This document shows, piece after piece, positions 26,081 to 40,367 of a DNA stretch of 64,000 nucleotides. Origin of the DNA: Mobula hypostoma (Eukaryota); assembly GCF_963921235.1 (NCBI RefSeq), contig NC_086097.1:213902001-213966000 (forward strand), in the 5' to 3' direction. The notes below the pieces were generated by a model that made no database searches, was not told the origin of the DNA, and saw only the letters and a program-made list of their open reading frames with translations. Position numbers and translations under genes: made by a program. Position 1 is the stretch's first letter. Every line of letters starts with the position of its first letter.

Positions 26081-26220
26081 CCCTGATGAAGGGTCCCAGC
26101 CCGAACATCAACTGTTTATTCCTTTCCATAGATGCTGCCTGGCCTGCTGAGGTGCTCCCGCATTTTGTGTGTGTTACCTTGAATTTCCACCATATGCAGA
26201 TTATCTTGTGTTTATGGTTT
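26081..26220 (+). mobile_element. PLE terminal mini-copy beginning at a degenerate hammerhead
   Basis: ccctgatgaagggtcccagcccgaacatcaactg..gatgctgcctggcctgctga. Confidence 0.75.
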
Positions 26221-26835
26221 TCTACTTCATGTTTTTTGAAATGAAGCAGTTACTGAATATATCTGTGAAATTCTATCTTCAATCTTGTTGTAAATTAAAA
26301 TTATATTGTTGCTACTTTCTGATTTTTGACATCTTTTCTGTTCTTGGTACCTGTCTTGGCCAAGCTATTATACCACCTATACTTCTATAATTTTCCAAGT
26401 ATTAACGATCTGTTTCTCGTGGTCACAATGATTTGTTTGACTGCGCTTTCTAAAACGTCATGTCTTCTAAATCTACCTTAGATGACACTCATTTCCAAAG
26501 TCCACATGCTAAATGCCTTCTTTTGCTCTTACCTGCTTTACCACACCTTAACTTTCCATATTCATAATAAAATGATAGAAACGTCTTTGCAGTGTTTTGT
26601 TTTCATATGGCAAGTTTCTGTTCTTATTCAACTTGACTGAAGAACGCTGATCTATGAGAGATTAAGCCATCTTAGTTTCTGCTAGATCAGTTTGGCTTTC
26701 CAGATCAGAAACCATAAAGGGTAACATTAAAATGAAGAAAATAAGTTCAAATTGATAAAAGATGTACACATATAATGTAAAAAGATCTCATATAAAATTA
26801 TGTTAGTATGTAGCAACTAAAGTTGAAACTCCATC

Positions 26836-27408
26836 TGTAACCCTCGGGTTCTGTCGGCTGTGTAAGTCTAGGGAAGACAATCTCTGGCCCCACCAAGTGT
26901 GTGAGATTGAGGTGCAAAACCCCGTCTGGGTGGATGCTGCGTGATGTGTCCCCTGTTACAAATCAGTACTGCGAAATAACAGACAGTACACCATGTGCAA
27001 TTAAACAATTTAGCTTTATAATTCTTAATTTGACCAAAGGGTTAGTAAAGTAAAATAAAAAGAAAAAGGCCCATTTTAATGAAACAATCTAATGTGCACA
27101 AGTTGGCGTCACAGTTTTGGTTCCGCTGGTCCTCCATCGATTTCCCCGGGCGTCGTCGACTCCTGGCCCCACTCCATGTCCACTCCTTTCTGGTGTCTAT
27201 GACCTCTCTGTTCTGGCATCCTCTCTCCCCATCTTCTGCCAAACCAAAGATCCAGATCATCTCAGTCTCAGGCACACAGCAAGAAAAGAAACACCCCCTT
27301 CATTGGATGGTGCACATTCCAAAGCCCCCATTATCTCTAGCCATAATCCATTCTGCTGCTACAGAGAGACCATTACATTAACGGTGAAACCTTTCTCAGG
27401 GTGTTACA
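26836..27408. mobile_element. Solo LTR (Gypsy-like)
   Basis: TGTAAC...GTTACA termini, 4-bp TSD catc (26832-26835 and 27409-27412); homologous, inverted, to 40629-41228. Confidence 0.85.
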
Positions 27409-27649
27409 CATCAGATTATGAGATGGACTGAGAAATGCCGGAAGTGACTAGTTTTAGGTCATTTCCTCCAGAAATTTGGAAATTAAGACTCGAGATCCAT
27501 GATGTACTCAAATACAGTCCCTTTGTGAGTGTCCAGGGTGTAGGGTTGTTAAGTTGTACAGCAGTTACTTGGCTTCCGTCTCTAAACAAAGTTAGCACAG
27601 GCACATGCCATGCATCATCACACATTATGGGTGGTGGGGGGGGGGGGAA

Positions 27650-28570
27650 TCTTATTGAAACCTACTGAATATTGAAAGGCCTAGATAGAGTGGATGTTGG
27701 ATGTTTACAATAGTGTGAGAGTTTAGAATGAGGCAACACAGGCTCAAAATACAAGGATGTTCGCTTAGAACAGAGATGAGGAGGGATTTCTTTAGCCAGA
27801 GGGTGGAGGAGAGCAAGTGGAGGTTGAGGTCTTGATGACTTAGGCTGTCAAAGATTATGGGGAGAAAACAGGAGAGCAGTGTTGGGATGGACAATAAGTC
27901 AGCAATGATGAAATGGCAGAACAGACATGATTGAAATCATTGCTAGAAGGATTGAATTCAAGAGCAGGGAGGTCATGCTGCAACTATACAGGGTACTGGT
28001 GAGGCCGCACCTGGAGTACTGCGTGCAGTTCTGTTATCCATACTTGAGGAAGGAAATACAGTGCAGAGGAGATTCACCAGGTTGATTCCAGGGATGAAGG
28101 GGTTAACCTATGAGGAGAGATTGAGTTGTCTGGAACTACACTCCCTGGAGTTCAGAAGAATGAGAGGGGATCTTATAGAAACATACAAAATTTTGAAAGG
28201 GATAGATAAGATAAGATAGAAGTAGGAATGTTGTTTCCATTGGTAGGTGAGACTAGAACTAGGCGACATTGTCTCAAGATTCAGGGGAGAAGATTTAGGA
28301 TGGAGATGAGGAGAAACTGTTTTTCCCAGAGAGTGGTGAATCTGTGGAATTCTCTGCCCAGGGAAGTAGTTCAGGCTTCTTCACTAAATATATTTAGGAA
28401 ACAGTTAGATAGGTTTTTACATAGTAAGGGAATTAAGGGTTATGGGGAAAAGGCAGGTAGATGGGGCTGAGTTTACGGACAGATCAGCCATGATCTTATG
28501 GAATGGCGGGTCAGGCTCAATGGGCCGGATGGTCTACGCCTGCTCCTGTTTCTTATGTTCTTATGTTATG
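27650..28570 (+). mobile_element. Two tandem CR1 3' fragments
   Basis: LVRPHLEYCVQF, LFPLVGETRTRRH..FSQRVVNLWNSLP; (ttcttatg)n tail. Confidence 0.85.
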
Positions 28571-28599
28571 ACTAAATGGCCTAATTATGCTCCTATGCC

Positions 28600-29170
28600 T
28601 CACGGTCTCATCTCTGATCTCACCCTCCATCTCCTCAGAGACAGAAGGATTGAGTTTCCCTCATCCTCAAATTCCAGCCCACCAGCCTTCACATTCATCC
28701 GGATCATTCTCTGCAACTCCTACCATCTTTAAAGAAATTCCGCCACCAGACACATTTCCTCTCTCAGCACTTCATAGGGATTATTCCCTTTTTGAAACCC
28801 AGGTCCACTCCCCATTCGCACTGCACTTTCCATGCAAGTATGGCTGTTGCCACACTTACCCTTCCCCTCCTTTCTTTCCCACCATCCAGCACCCCAAACA
28901 TCTTTTCAGATGAAACAATGATTCACTTGCACTTCCACAAAACTAGTGTACTACTGTACATTTAGTCATCACCTTGTAATCTTCCCTTAACTGGAGAAAC
29001 CAAACTCAAACCCAATAATCCTGACCTGCTGGACTTGTTCTCCTGTCCTGCACCTCACAATTCCCACATTCTTTTGTTGTATCCTATGAAGGATCTTGAC
29101 CCAAAACATTGACTGTTATTTCCATCCACGAATGCTGTCGAGTTCCTCGAGCATCTGTAATCTCTGGTGC
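28600..29170 (+). mobile_element. Degraded PLE ORF fragment plus degenerate terminus
   Basis: Homologous to the PLE region at 44275-44870 (SA.HRD.SL motif); degenerate hammerhead at ~29081. Confidence 0.6.
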
Positions 29171-29479
29171 TTTCTTTTGTCAGGTGTTCTCGCTCTCTAA
29201 CTGCCCCCATTGACAAAATGACCAGATAACCTTCTTTACAACTTATCCCCATGGTTACTCCACGCTTACTCTATACTGGCACCTCCTTCTTTACAGCTTG
29301 TCAAGTTTCTTTTGATTCCTTTTCGGTTCTGACAACCTGAAATGGAGATGTTCCTTTTCCCAAGGATGCTGCTTGACCTACAGCAAGTTTTTAGCATTTT
29401 CCATCTTTGCTTTGAAGTTAGCACAATTCCATCCACAGTGCTCCTACGAAAAATTCACTCCAATTGACGATTTACTTTC

Positions 29480-30380
29480 ATCATCAAATGTCTGTTATGC
29501 TCTAGGTGTTTAGGGCAACAAAGAAGGTCCTCCATCTTTGCCTGTCTTTAGCCATCTTCTCTATTGTGTCCCAGGTGTGGATCAGGGTCCGCATTTCTGC
29601 CTCTACGGTATTGGGCCAACTTACCTTTGGTCTTCCACGTTTCCTCCGCCCTTCAGGGGTCCAATGAGGTGCTGTCCTGATGAGGTCCAATCCATCTCTA
29701 ACATTTCCCTGTGATGATTATGGCCATGGCCTCATGGTGACACTGAAGGAGTAGGGTGTGGTTGGAGATGTTTCTTGGCCAAGAAGTGTGGAAGATAGTC
29801 CAGAAGCTTATGGTGTGGAATGGCAACAGCTTGGCAAGCTCGTTCTCTGTCATGTGCCAGCATTCTGACCTCCCATGAGTGTGGACATAACACAGCTCTG
29901 GTAGAGCTTCACTTTGGAGTGGACGCTGTGCTTGGTTGATCTCCATATGTTACTCATTGATCTGATGACATTTCTAGCTTTGCTGAGTCCGCACTCAATG
30001 TTGTCCTTGGTTCCAACATACTGCCAAATGATGCTGCCCAGGTAGGTAAATCTGCTGGTGCTGGGCAAGTCAACGCCATATGCCTTGATGGGAGGAGGAA
30101 ACTGTACAATGAGGGTCATTGTCTCTACCTTTCTCTGGCTGACTGAGTCCAACCTGTCCAAAGGTACATGGGCACTGAGTTTTCTCCTGCATGAAGCTGG
30201 TATGCATGTGATAGCAATGTGAGGTCATCCACAAAGTCAAGGTCTTCTAAAGTAGAGATTAGAGTCTACCTAATGCTTTCTGCTTTATCTTTCATTGACT
30301 CATTACCCAGTCAATCACCAGGTTAAGTAATATCGCTGACATCTCACAGCGTTGCCTGTCCACCAGGTTCGCAGGTTCAG
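29480..30380 (-). mobile_element. RTE-clade LINE 3' fragment
   Basis: LEDLDFVDDLTLLS RT motif, FTYLGSII, WTPEGRRKRGRPK..AKDRQRWR. Confidence 0.85.
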
Positions 30381-31069
30381 CTCAGGGCTAACAACCCCTG
30401 ACTGGTCGAAATAAAAATTGTTATGAAAACAGCAATGGCTATTGATACATGGTGCATAAATCCTTTGATTTCAGTGCTTGCACAGCCTTCATGTTCAATT
30501 ATTGCTCTGGTGATCAAAGACGCAGGTTCCGAAGAGTCATTAAAATGCTCCTTCCTGTGTTCAGAATGACATGGACTTTTACTGTCACAGGTCATGTATT
30601 GATGACATTGTCCTGCAGTATTAGCTTATCTTTTCCACATGGTGTCAGTGTGCTTTGGATCTCAGTAAAATACCTGCACTGAGAGATAATGAACTGTTGT
30701 TTTATATAGTTGACCTCTTATTTAATGTTTAACAATGCTAGAAAGAACACTGTAGACATTTCATTATTTTAAACATATTTTCCTGTCTACAATATTGATT
30801 ATAAGATAGCCCTGCTCCTAGTTTGCTAACTTGTTGTAGCAACAAGGACACATTTTAATCTATTGTAGTGTGTGATCACTTTAGATCTGCTCCACACATC
30901 TTACGTACTTCAGGTCAATGTTAAAGTTTTATCTATTTTCATCATCATGATCATTTAGTGCTAGATAAATGATGTACCTTGCTATTTGACATTTATGGGT
31001 TGGCCATTCTCTGCAACCCCCATTTTCAATCTTTCTCTTTAAATCTAATTTTAAATGATGTCGTATCTG

Positions 31070-31620
31070 TTAAATAGGGGCCATGGACAATTCTGATTTG
31101 ATGGAGAATGGACATGATATCACAGAGGAACATCTAGAGAAATTTCTGAAACGCCCGTCCGCTGCTGTCATTACTGTGTGGTCGGGAATCTTTCAGAGGG
31201 CAGGCCTCAAAACCCCCGGCCTTGCCTGCTTTTGGCGACTGAGAAGGAGGTCGAATCTTTTGGCAGAGATGCCGCTCAGTACTTGGTGTCGGACAGTTGA
31301 TCAGAGCTCAAAGTTTTCGGATGACTCAGAGTCGGACTGTGGTCGGCATGGCAGGGAGAGTTTTTCTTCCCTCTCCCGTCTGCGTGAGATGTGGGACATT
31401 TGAGAAACATTGAACTTTACTGTGCTCACGGACTTTCTTCATCAAGTTATGGTATTGTGCACTGTTGTAACTATATGTATAATTATGTGGTTTTGTCAGT
31501 TTTTTCAGTCTTGGTTTGTCCTGTGTTTTGTGATATCTCACCAGAGGAAATAATGTATCATTTCTTAATGCATGCATTACTAAATGACAATAAAAGGGGA
31601 CTACGTGTCTTCATAATCTA
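31070..31620 (+). mobile_element. Unclassified CpG-retaining repeat, probably a LINE 3' end
   Basis: Abrupt CpG-rich block ending in a T-rich UTR, aataaa and a short taatct tail. Confidence 0.45.
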
Positions 31621-33269
31621 AATGTGATGTAGTCAATACAATATACTGACAAATAGGCCTCAGATACATATCATTCAAGTAGTGACTCTGGCTTCACGAT
31701 GCCAGGCTGAATCTACTTTAGTTGTGGCAATACTAAAAGTGTAACACAGACTCCAAATGTTTTCCAGTCAGGCTGCAACACATAGGATGTTAGTAGAGCA
31801 CCTTCATAAGAAAATTACAATATGGAAAAAGCCCATCAACCGTTTGGAACTTGAGAAAAAGTAACCCAACTTAATTTACTGCAGAGTATTTTAAAATACA
31901 TTACTTATATGCAAACCCACCACCAGTTGCCAAGTGGTCATAAACTGTGCATCTGTACTTGGTGTAAATGACCAATCCATCCACACCAAAACATCAGTTG
32001 ACTAAATTGATCCCATTCATGACCGTTTTTTGTCAACAGTTGCCCTTGACTGTGAAGTGTCCCTGATGCAGTTCAGGCAACATTTAGTTGGTAGATTGTC
32101 TAGGCTTTCTCTCCAAAATTAAAATAATTTTCTACCTTAAAAGGGCAGAAAAGAGCTCATTCTAAGCATGAATGCATTATGACATTCTCCAGCAAACTCT
32201 GCAATGAAATGCAGAATTGTTTCCGTGTTGTCATGCATTATGATCGTACAAGAAAAAAGTCATCCATTGGGAAGTGTTGCAGCATGGAACTTAACAGGTA
32301 AAATGGATCCCATCAACTGTACCCTGGAGCTCAGGAAAACCAGAACCTCTGTGAAACTGTGTGGTCAAAGCTTACTGTTCCCTAATATGATGTTAAATTC
32401 AGTAGGTTTCACTCTCTCTTGTAAGTGTTTCCGCCAACTGTACAGGAATGTGGTTCAGTACTGGGATATACCCCTATTGATCTGCAGATTGGATTTAATA
32501 ACCTTAAATTAAAACCAAGACATATTAGACCTACTGTATACCCTGAAGCTCCTTAGTCAAGGAGTAGTGCAGCCAGGCTCGCAGGGATATCATTCTTCTA
32601 CGCAATTGCACCCTTTTCCGCTGGTCTTCCCCCATCCTTGTCAGAAAACTGCTGGGCTCATGTCTTGAAGGTCAAAAGCTAAAAACTTGAAAATCAAGTT
32701 TATACTCATATATCCAGGTACATGTCCGCATCACAGGCACATAGCATTAGAGATCCAGCTTTCAAAACAAAAACATAGACACAAATTACACAAAATTATA
32801 CCATAAGGGACACACTTAGAACAAAACAAAATCCATGTAATAAGTGACGAAGTCTACGTGGTCATTGTGTTACTGTACTGAGGTAGTGATGATGGTTATG
32901 CAAGTTGGTTCAAGAACTGAATGTCTGAAAGGAAGTAGCTATTCTTGAACCCAATGGTGTGGGACTTTAAGCTTCTGTACCTCCTGCTTGATGGTAGCTG
33001 TGAGAAGCTACCAACCTTGTTTGTCTCTATCTGGCGCTTAGGGATAAGAGTGAGTGATGCTTCGGGTAAGGGTATGCAAGCAGAGTGACGTTTGGATTCT
33101 GAGCCCTCTTGTAACCAAATGGTAAGTGTTGGAAATACTCAGCAATTCAGACAGTGGGAAAGGAAAGAGTTCATGTTTCAGGTTTACGATCTTTATCAGA
33201 ACTGAAAATGCGAAAAAAGTCATGTGTGTCAGTACATGTATTCTGTTCAGTGCCAATAAATTAGGCTGG

Positions 33270-34120
33270 ACGCAAACAACAGGAATTCTGCAGATGCTGG
33301 AAATTCAAGCAACATACATCAAAGTTGCTGGTGAACGCAGCAGGCAAGCAGCATCTATAGGAAGAGGCGCAGTCGACGTTTCAGGCCGAGACCCTTCATC
33401 AGGACTAACTGAAGGAAGAGTGAGTAAGGGATTTGAAAGCTGGAGGGGGAGATGCAAAATGATAGGAGAAGACAGGAGGGGGAGGGATGGAGCCGAGAGC
33501 TGGACAGGTGATAGGCAAAAGGGGATACGAGAGGATCATGGGACAGGAGGTCCGGGAAGAAAGACAAGGGGGGGAGGTGACCCAGAGGATGGGCAAGAGG
33601 TATATTCAGAGGGACAGAGGGAGAAAAAGGAGAGTGAGAGAAAGAATGTGTGCATAAAAATGAGTAACAGATGGGGTACGAGGGGGAGGTGGGGCCTTAG
33701 CGGAAGTTAGAGAAGTCGATGTTCATGCCATCAGGTTGGAGGCTACCCAGACGGAATATAAGGTGTTGTTCCTCCAACCTGAGTGTGGCTTCATCTTTAC
33801 AGTAGAGGAGGCCGTGGATAGACATGTCAGAATGGGAATGGGATGTGGAATTAAAATGTGTGGCCACTGGGAGATCCTGCTTTCTCTGGCGGACAGAGGC
33901 TAGATGTTCAGCAAAGCGGTCTCCCAGTCTGCGTCGGGTCTCACCAATATATAAAAGGCCACATCGGGAGCACCGGACGCAGTATATCACCCCAGTCGAC
34001 TCACAGGTGAAGTGATGCCTCACCTGGAAGGACTGTTTGGGGCCCTGAATGGTGGTAAGGGAGGAAGTGTAAGGGCATGTGTAGCACTTGTCCCGCTTAC
34101 ATGGATAAGTGCCAGGAGGG
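33270..34120 (-). mobile_element. PLE with GIY-YIG domain and intact hammerhead motif (33371-33406)
   Basis: GVIYCVRCSRCGLLYIGETRRRLGDRFAEHL (33697-34023); same subfamily as 1285 and 51959. Confidence 0.92.
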
Positions 34121-34559
34121 ACAGTTTATTTGGCTACAAGGGTTTCTTCAAAAACTATAACATTATTAAAAAAAAGATTCCAGTTTTTAAAAAAGTTTTT
34201 TAAAAGAAGTTGGAAATTAACGGATGAATGAGGGCAGTTAGAGAAAAACAAAACTTAAGAACATACTGGGATTGTAAGAAGATGGACAAAGGGCTTGTTG
34301 GAGATCTGAAACTAAAGAGAATAGTAGAAATTGCCCAGCAAAGCAGGCAGCATCTGTGGAGCAAGAAAAACTGAGTTAACATTATCCATGGATAAACTTG
34401 CATCTGAATCTGTCAGTTCTGAGACAGACAGTAAAGACTGGTTGTCTAAAACAGTGGAATTTACTATTGAGTCTTGAGGAGCTACAACATGCCCAAATGG
34501 AAGATATTCATGCTATTCCTTGAGCTTATGTGGGTTTGCCATTACCATATCAACGGATC

Positions 34560-35255
34560 CGCCCTGAAACTAGCACATAAGTACCATTACAAAGAAGGTA
34601 TGAGAATGTCTCTACTTTCTTGGAAGTTTGTGCAGATTCAGTGTGTCATCTAAAACTTTTGACGTGTCTATAGATGCACTGTGGGGAGTATCCTGATTAG
34701 TTGCATCACTGTTTGGTATGGAAACACCAATGCTCAAGGATGGAAAAGCCTAGAAAGACTGGTGGGTACAGCCCAGGCCATCACAGGAAAAGCCCTCCCA
34801 ACCATTGAGCACAGCCACAAGGAGCACTGCCACGAGAAAGCAGCATCAGTCATGAGGCGACCCACCATCGAGACCATGCCCTCATCTTGCTGCTGCCATC
34901 AGGAAGGAGGTACAGAAGCCTTGGGTCTCACACTACCAAATTTAGGAACAGTTATTACCCTCAACCATCAGGCTGCTGAACCAGCATGACTAACTTCACT
35001 CACCTTGACTCTTAGCTAATTCCACAACCTATAGACTCAATTTCAAGTTCTCTACAAATCATGTTCTCACTAGTATTTATTTACTTATTTTTGTTTATGC
35101 ACAAATTATCATCTTTTGCACATTGCCCATCTTTGTGTTTTTCATTGATTATATTATATTTTCTTTGTTCTACTGTGAATGTCTGTAAGGAAATGAATTT
35201 CAGGGTAGTATATGGTGACATCTACGTACTTTGATGATAAATTTACTTTAAACTT
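34560..35255 (+). mobile_element. Old Rex1/Babar-type LINE 3' fragment
   Basis: SILISCITVWYGN..LVGTAQAITG; gataataaatttacttt tail. Confidence 0.78.
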
Positions 35256-38200
35256 CATTGGAATTTCTATTGGGGCCTCAATTTTATTTTTGGGCATAAG
35301 TAGTTGTACTTTACTTTTGGGAGGCAACATAATTGAAATGAATATGTAGTTATTTTCAGAGAGTTGAGATGACTATTCATTGTCAATAATATTTGTATGA
35401 ATTTATTTTCTCTGCTGAAACATCAGATACTAGAAATACATCATCTGGATGCAAATCTGTTCTTCCCCTCTGTCAATTAATCACTCTATCTCCACTAAGC
35501 AAATTCCAGTTTGCAGCTTAACCTCCTTATACTAGATCAACTCATGCATTTGACAGCTCTCTACCTGTGGACTTTCTTTCTTGTCATTTTGCGCTCAGAG
35601 TCTAGAAGGCCCTCATCTATAGAAAGCTTTCTTGAGGGAGTTAAATTTTGATGTTTCAGACATAAGTAAGTCATATTCGCTCTCTGTGTGACACAGGTGG
35701 TTAATACAAAATCATTAACAGGCTGTACAACTCAACTATCATTTTTTGCCTTTGCAACGATGTGCAGAGTCTTGCTGGCCAAATGCAGTTTTTGGAAACT
35801 CCAACTGTTTTCTCTACCATTTGCAAAGTATAAATTAGGACCAATTGAACAAAAGGCGAGTGATTAACTAGATTCAAAATAAACACTGAATCAAATAGAT
35901 TTTATTACTATTTGTAGAATTTTTGACTGAAACCAAAGATATTTGCTCATGTTTTAAGCTGTGTTAGGATTGATTTATTGCTCAAGAATTTCCTCCCTAA
36001 ATACCACACTTTATAAAATACAACCTGAAGTAACATGCTACCCATAAATTTCTGATAGAGGGTAGAAAACGTTTTAGGTGTTTTAACGTAGTCACTAAAA
36101 ATTTGATTGAAATTGATTATATGGTCAGAAAAATCCTCCGTTGATGCCTTCATTCTTCAGCCTTTTGTCCTTCTCAGATTTAATCTGCTTGCACAGAGAT
36201 ATAAATGTTCAAACCTTTAGTTCACCTTTCCTTTGCCATTCCTGGGACAAGGGTAACTACAGTCTCCACCTCTTTAATAAGGACATAACCGGGCACTTAA
36301 ATCTTGATTTTATAACTTTCTAATGGTGTCGGAATCACAGCTGAATGAGTGATGATCTCCTGAGGGACCTTGAGCTGTTCTGTGAAAGTAAATTAAAAAA
36401 TGCTCAGTGAAGCATAAGATTGAATACATTATGATTTTTGTCCTTTAACAACTTTGAGCTTTTAAAAGATAATCAGACAGAGTAAAACAGTCCCAGGAAG
36501 GATTTTATGAAATCCTTAAACGAGTCTATCAATCTATTAATGAATTATCAGTTCTACAGCAGCAGGCATTTCAACTAATTCAGAATTAATATTGAATTAT
36601 GATTGCTACAGTCACCAATATCTAATGTGGTTATTCACTGATGAACCTTTAGTGCAAAAAAAAACACAAAATGTATTACATTATCACTTTCAATAGGTCT
36701 CTTTCATTTATCATGCTCCTGTCAGCTTGCAGCTTGTGTTCACCCCCTGCATGATCCCCGTCGTTACATTAACTTTCTTCAGCCTACGAGTCTAATCGAA
36801 TTCCAGGCTTCATTAGTACAGCTCTTCCACAAGTGCCCAGCAATAGTTTCTCCTAGGACAGTAAGAGGAGCTAGATCGAGGGATATCAGTTGACCTGGAG
36901 TCAGATGACTGATCACGTGAGTGTGAGGGCAGAGGAGTTGGTAATCAGGAATGCCTCCATCGATGGAGAGTGGGAGTTGAGGATGGTGGCTAGGTGAGTG
37001 GGGAAGTGGGTGGGCGGAGACTGGGGTCTGCACGGGGGCACTTGTTGGTTCACTGCAAAATTTTAGGACTTCAATGTCTTGCAAGGGATATGAAGGGGTT
37101 TACCTAAGCGAGGTGTCACATGGTCATCAGTTAGAATACCCACCATACATGGGCAAATGGCATAATTGTTAATGGGCCAAAAGGGTCAGCATAGATGCAA
37201 TGGGCCAAAAGATCCGTTCCTGTGCTCTACAACTCTAAGACTCTACGAGGTGTCATCCAGTACTTCATAACTAGCCCCAGAGATGCCAGATAATGATCAT
37301 TTCTGGTAAGTGGAAGGAGCAGTGCCTAGAGGCATGGTAAATGACTTGTGTATGCGTCAAAAATTCACACCAGATTTTTGTTTTCCAAAATAGACTCAAT
37401 TCATAAAGTGCGTAGTTAAACAGATGAGTCATAGCATTGTCTTTGAGCTTGTTATTCTTGCTTTGGAGGTGATTCAGAGAGGATTTGTTTTGAGCATTTA
37501 ATATTTCAGTAATATTTGAGTAATATTATAAATATATTATTTGATTAAGCATTCTCTGTTATTTACACAATGTATTGCAGGTTATCTGTAAAAGTACATA
37601 AATGGCATACATCATCACACCATTATGTGATACACGAGTGCTTTGCTTAAAGCAAAAAATGAAGTAAGACTCACAACTCTCAGTTATTTTGTTTCCCTAC
37701 CAATCAGTTTATAATGTTTTGGAGTTGCAAAAGATAACAGTGGTGACAAGGTATTTTTAGAATGAATCTGAGAAGGCTACCTTCCTGTTGAAGTGCAGTG
37801 AGACATACATGTTTTTTAAAAAGCGAAATGAGAAACAGTCGAGTTTAAAAAATGCAGCGCATTTTCTTCTCAAAAGGAAAGATGATCAAGTTAAAAAAAA
37901 GGCAAAAAACAGAAGAATTCATGGGTTTGTAAACAATGTGTACTGGGTGATAATAATCATAAAAAAACAAATGATTGGCTACATCAGAAAGATTGACACT
38001 TTTCATTACACAATGGATTACTAGATTTTTGCATAATGAGCAGTATTTTGAAGCAAATGAAATAGCCAATGAAAAGTGAATGTCTAGTTTACTGAGTACA
38101 TTGGATTTAAAGGCATACAGTTTGCTGAGAATTTTGACTGCTCTAACCAAACCAGCCAAAATGAGGTTTGCTGAAATTGTGAAAGTAATGCAGGAACCTT

Positions 38201-38480
38201 TAGAACCGGAACTATAGCTGACTGCAGAATGCTTTAGTCTTCATAAACAGAATCAATAGGAAAGAGAGTCCATTTTAGCAAACATGACTGAATTGAAGAA
38301 CTTATCTGAGCATTGTCAGCTTGGTAATGGACTTAATGATGCACTGAGAGATCATTTAGTTTGTGGACTATTTCGAAAAAGCATTCAAAAATGACTCCTA
38401 ACTAAAGCACAACATACAGTTAAAAGGGCAGTTGAAGTAGCTATGTCAATGGAAACAGCAGGCTATGACATAATTAAGTT

Positions 38481-39229
38481 CATAGTCATAGTCATAGTCA
38501 TACTTTATTAATCCTGGGGGAAATTGATTTTCATTACAGTTGCTCCATAAATAATAAATAGTAATAGAACCATAAATAGTTAAATAGTAGTATGTAAATT
38601 ATGCCAGTAAATTATGAAATAAGTCCAGGACCAACCTATTGGCTCAGGGTGTCTGACCCTCCAAGGGAGGAGTTGTAAAGTTTGATGGCCACAGGCAGGA
38701 ATGACTTCCTATGACGCTTTGTGTTGCATCTCGGTGGAATGAGTCTCTGGCTGAATGTACTCCTGTGCCCAACCAGTACATTATGTAGTGGATGGGAGAC
38801 ATTGACTAAGATGGCATGCAACTTAGACAGCATCCTCTTTTCAGACACCACCGTGAGAGAGTCCAGTTCCATCCCCACAACATCACTGGTCTTACGAATG
38901 AGTTTGTTGATTCTGTTGGTGTCTTCCACCCTCAGCCTGCTGCCCCAGCACACAACAGCAAACATGATCGCACTGGCCACCACAGACTCGTAGAACATCA
39001 TCAGCATCATCCGGCAGATGTTAAAGGACCTCAGTCTCCTCAGGAAATAGAGACAGCTCTGACCCTTCTTGTAGACAGCCTCAGTGTTCTTTGACCAGTC
39101 CAGTTTATTGTCAATTTGTATCCCCAGGTATTTGTAATCCTCCACCATGTCCACACCGACCCCCTGGATGGAAACAGGGGTCACCGGTACCTTAGCTCTC
39201 CTCAGGTCTACCACCAGTTCCTTAGACTT
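38481..39229 (-). mobile_element. Rex1/Babar LINE 3' fragment inserted into the Gypsy gag
   Basis: 192-aa ORF YKYLGIQIDNKLDWSKNT..; (tatgac)n tail; gag reads IK|LQSG across the insertion. Confidence 0.9.
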
Positions 39230-39816
39230 TTGCAGTCAGGAATGAAAGTGAGCATGAACAAAATTCTAATATCTAAACAGAAACAGGCCTGGCTAAACAA
39301 ATTGTATTACCTTTGTGGCAGGAGCTCTCATATACTGGATCAATGTAAGTTTAAAGGTAAAACTTGCAGAAAATGCAACAAAGTAGGATATATACAAAGA
39401 GCATGTCGGACTGACAAAAATAAATGGACTGCACAGGGAAGAGAAAAAGCTAAAAAGTCAAGTTGTAGTTTCAAAATGAGCATGGTGTTGATGAGAAATC
39501 TGATAAGGATGAGAGTGACACGGGACTGGGTAGCACCTAGGAAAAAAGATAACTCCTGTGGGAATGATACTCGTAATGGTGAAATACAACAACCAACAAG
39601 CCACATTGGACTAGTATGTTAAAAATAAAATGGCCAGCATTGTGGGGGCATTATTGGCTGAGACAACTACAACTTTACTGGCGATCCATCCACCATTTGC
39701 AAGCCACATTCACTGTAATAAAGTCAACTGAAAGCAAAGTAAAGCAGGTACTGAATGACACCACAACTGTCTCTATGCTGTACACCGTGAATCATTGCCC
39801 ATCAGAGGGTAAACAG

Positions 39817-40367
39817 GTGTTAGTACCAACCTCTGTGCCTCTGATTGGAAAGCGTATTGGACCAAGGAAGGGCCGTGCTGCTCAGGGGAATCATGAATGG
39901 AACATAAGCAGTGTTAGGACTACTTCACTTTTTGTAGGCAACACATTTGAGAAAGCTTCTGATATGATAATCAGGCAGTTACTTGCAAAGTGTGGCTTGG
40001 TTTTAAGCTGGAAGAGAGTTCAAGGAGCTTCAGGAAAGTTGCAAGAATTCGGCTTCTGTGAGTATAAAGAACCGGAATCTACTCTGCACGCATTAAGGTT
40101 ATTGCATGAACTTCAAGTGGGAGACAAAAAACTGCTTGTAAAAGCAGATGCAAAGACTAGAGCCCAGCTGGATGAATGTAAGGCCAAAAAGAAAGGAGTC
40201 AATGGAGATGTGAAAACAGAGGATTCATCAGATGATGTTGTGGATGAAGAAACCAAGAGCAGAGATCAGATTGTAATGGAAGCAGTAGAAGTATTAAGTA
40301 TTACTCCAGTGAACTAAAGGCACCTTCCCAAGAACAAGATGCACAAACTTGGAAAAAAAAGAAGAAA
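39817..40367 (+). pseudogene. RBM25: Intronless retrocopy fragment of RNA-binding protein 25 (RRM region) inside the Gypsy element
   Basis: VLVPT..FVGN..EKASDMIIRQLLAKCGLVLSWKRVQGASGKLQEFGFCEYKEPESTL.ALRLLHELQVGDKKLLVK.DAKT.AQLDE matches vertebrate RBM25 as I recall it; after a frameshift near 40300 it continues YSSELKAPSQE..KKKKK. Confidence 0.92.

Noticed and set aside
32193..32297. Possible 105-nt coding exon (KLCNEMQNCFRVVMHYDRTRKK..)
   Set aside because: Weak splice sites, unrecognised peptide and no neighbouring exons.
33126..33710. Recurrent ORFs such as MLVNAAGQAASIGRGAVDVSGRDP and SPDEGSRPETSTAPLP as a small protein family
   Set aside because: They are chance translations of the non-coding PLE terminal repeat on either strand, with inconsistent starts and stops.
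36125..36190. Possible minus-strand terminal exon (IKSEKDKRLKNEGINGGFF*)
   Set aside because: Too short, poor polypyrimidine tract and no recognisable homology.
39616..40317. Functional RBM25 gene
   Set aside because: It lacks the N-terminus, the RE-rich region and the PWI domain, is frameshifted near 40300 and is embedded in a decayed retrotransposon.
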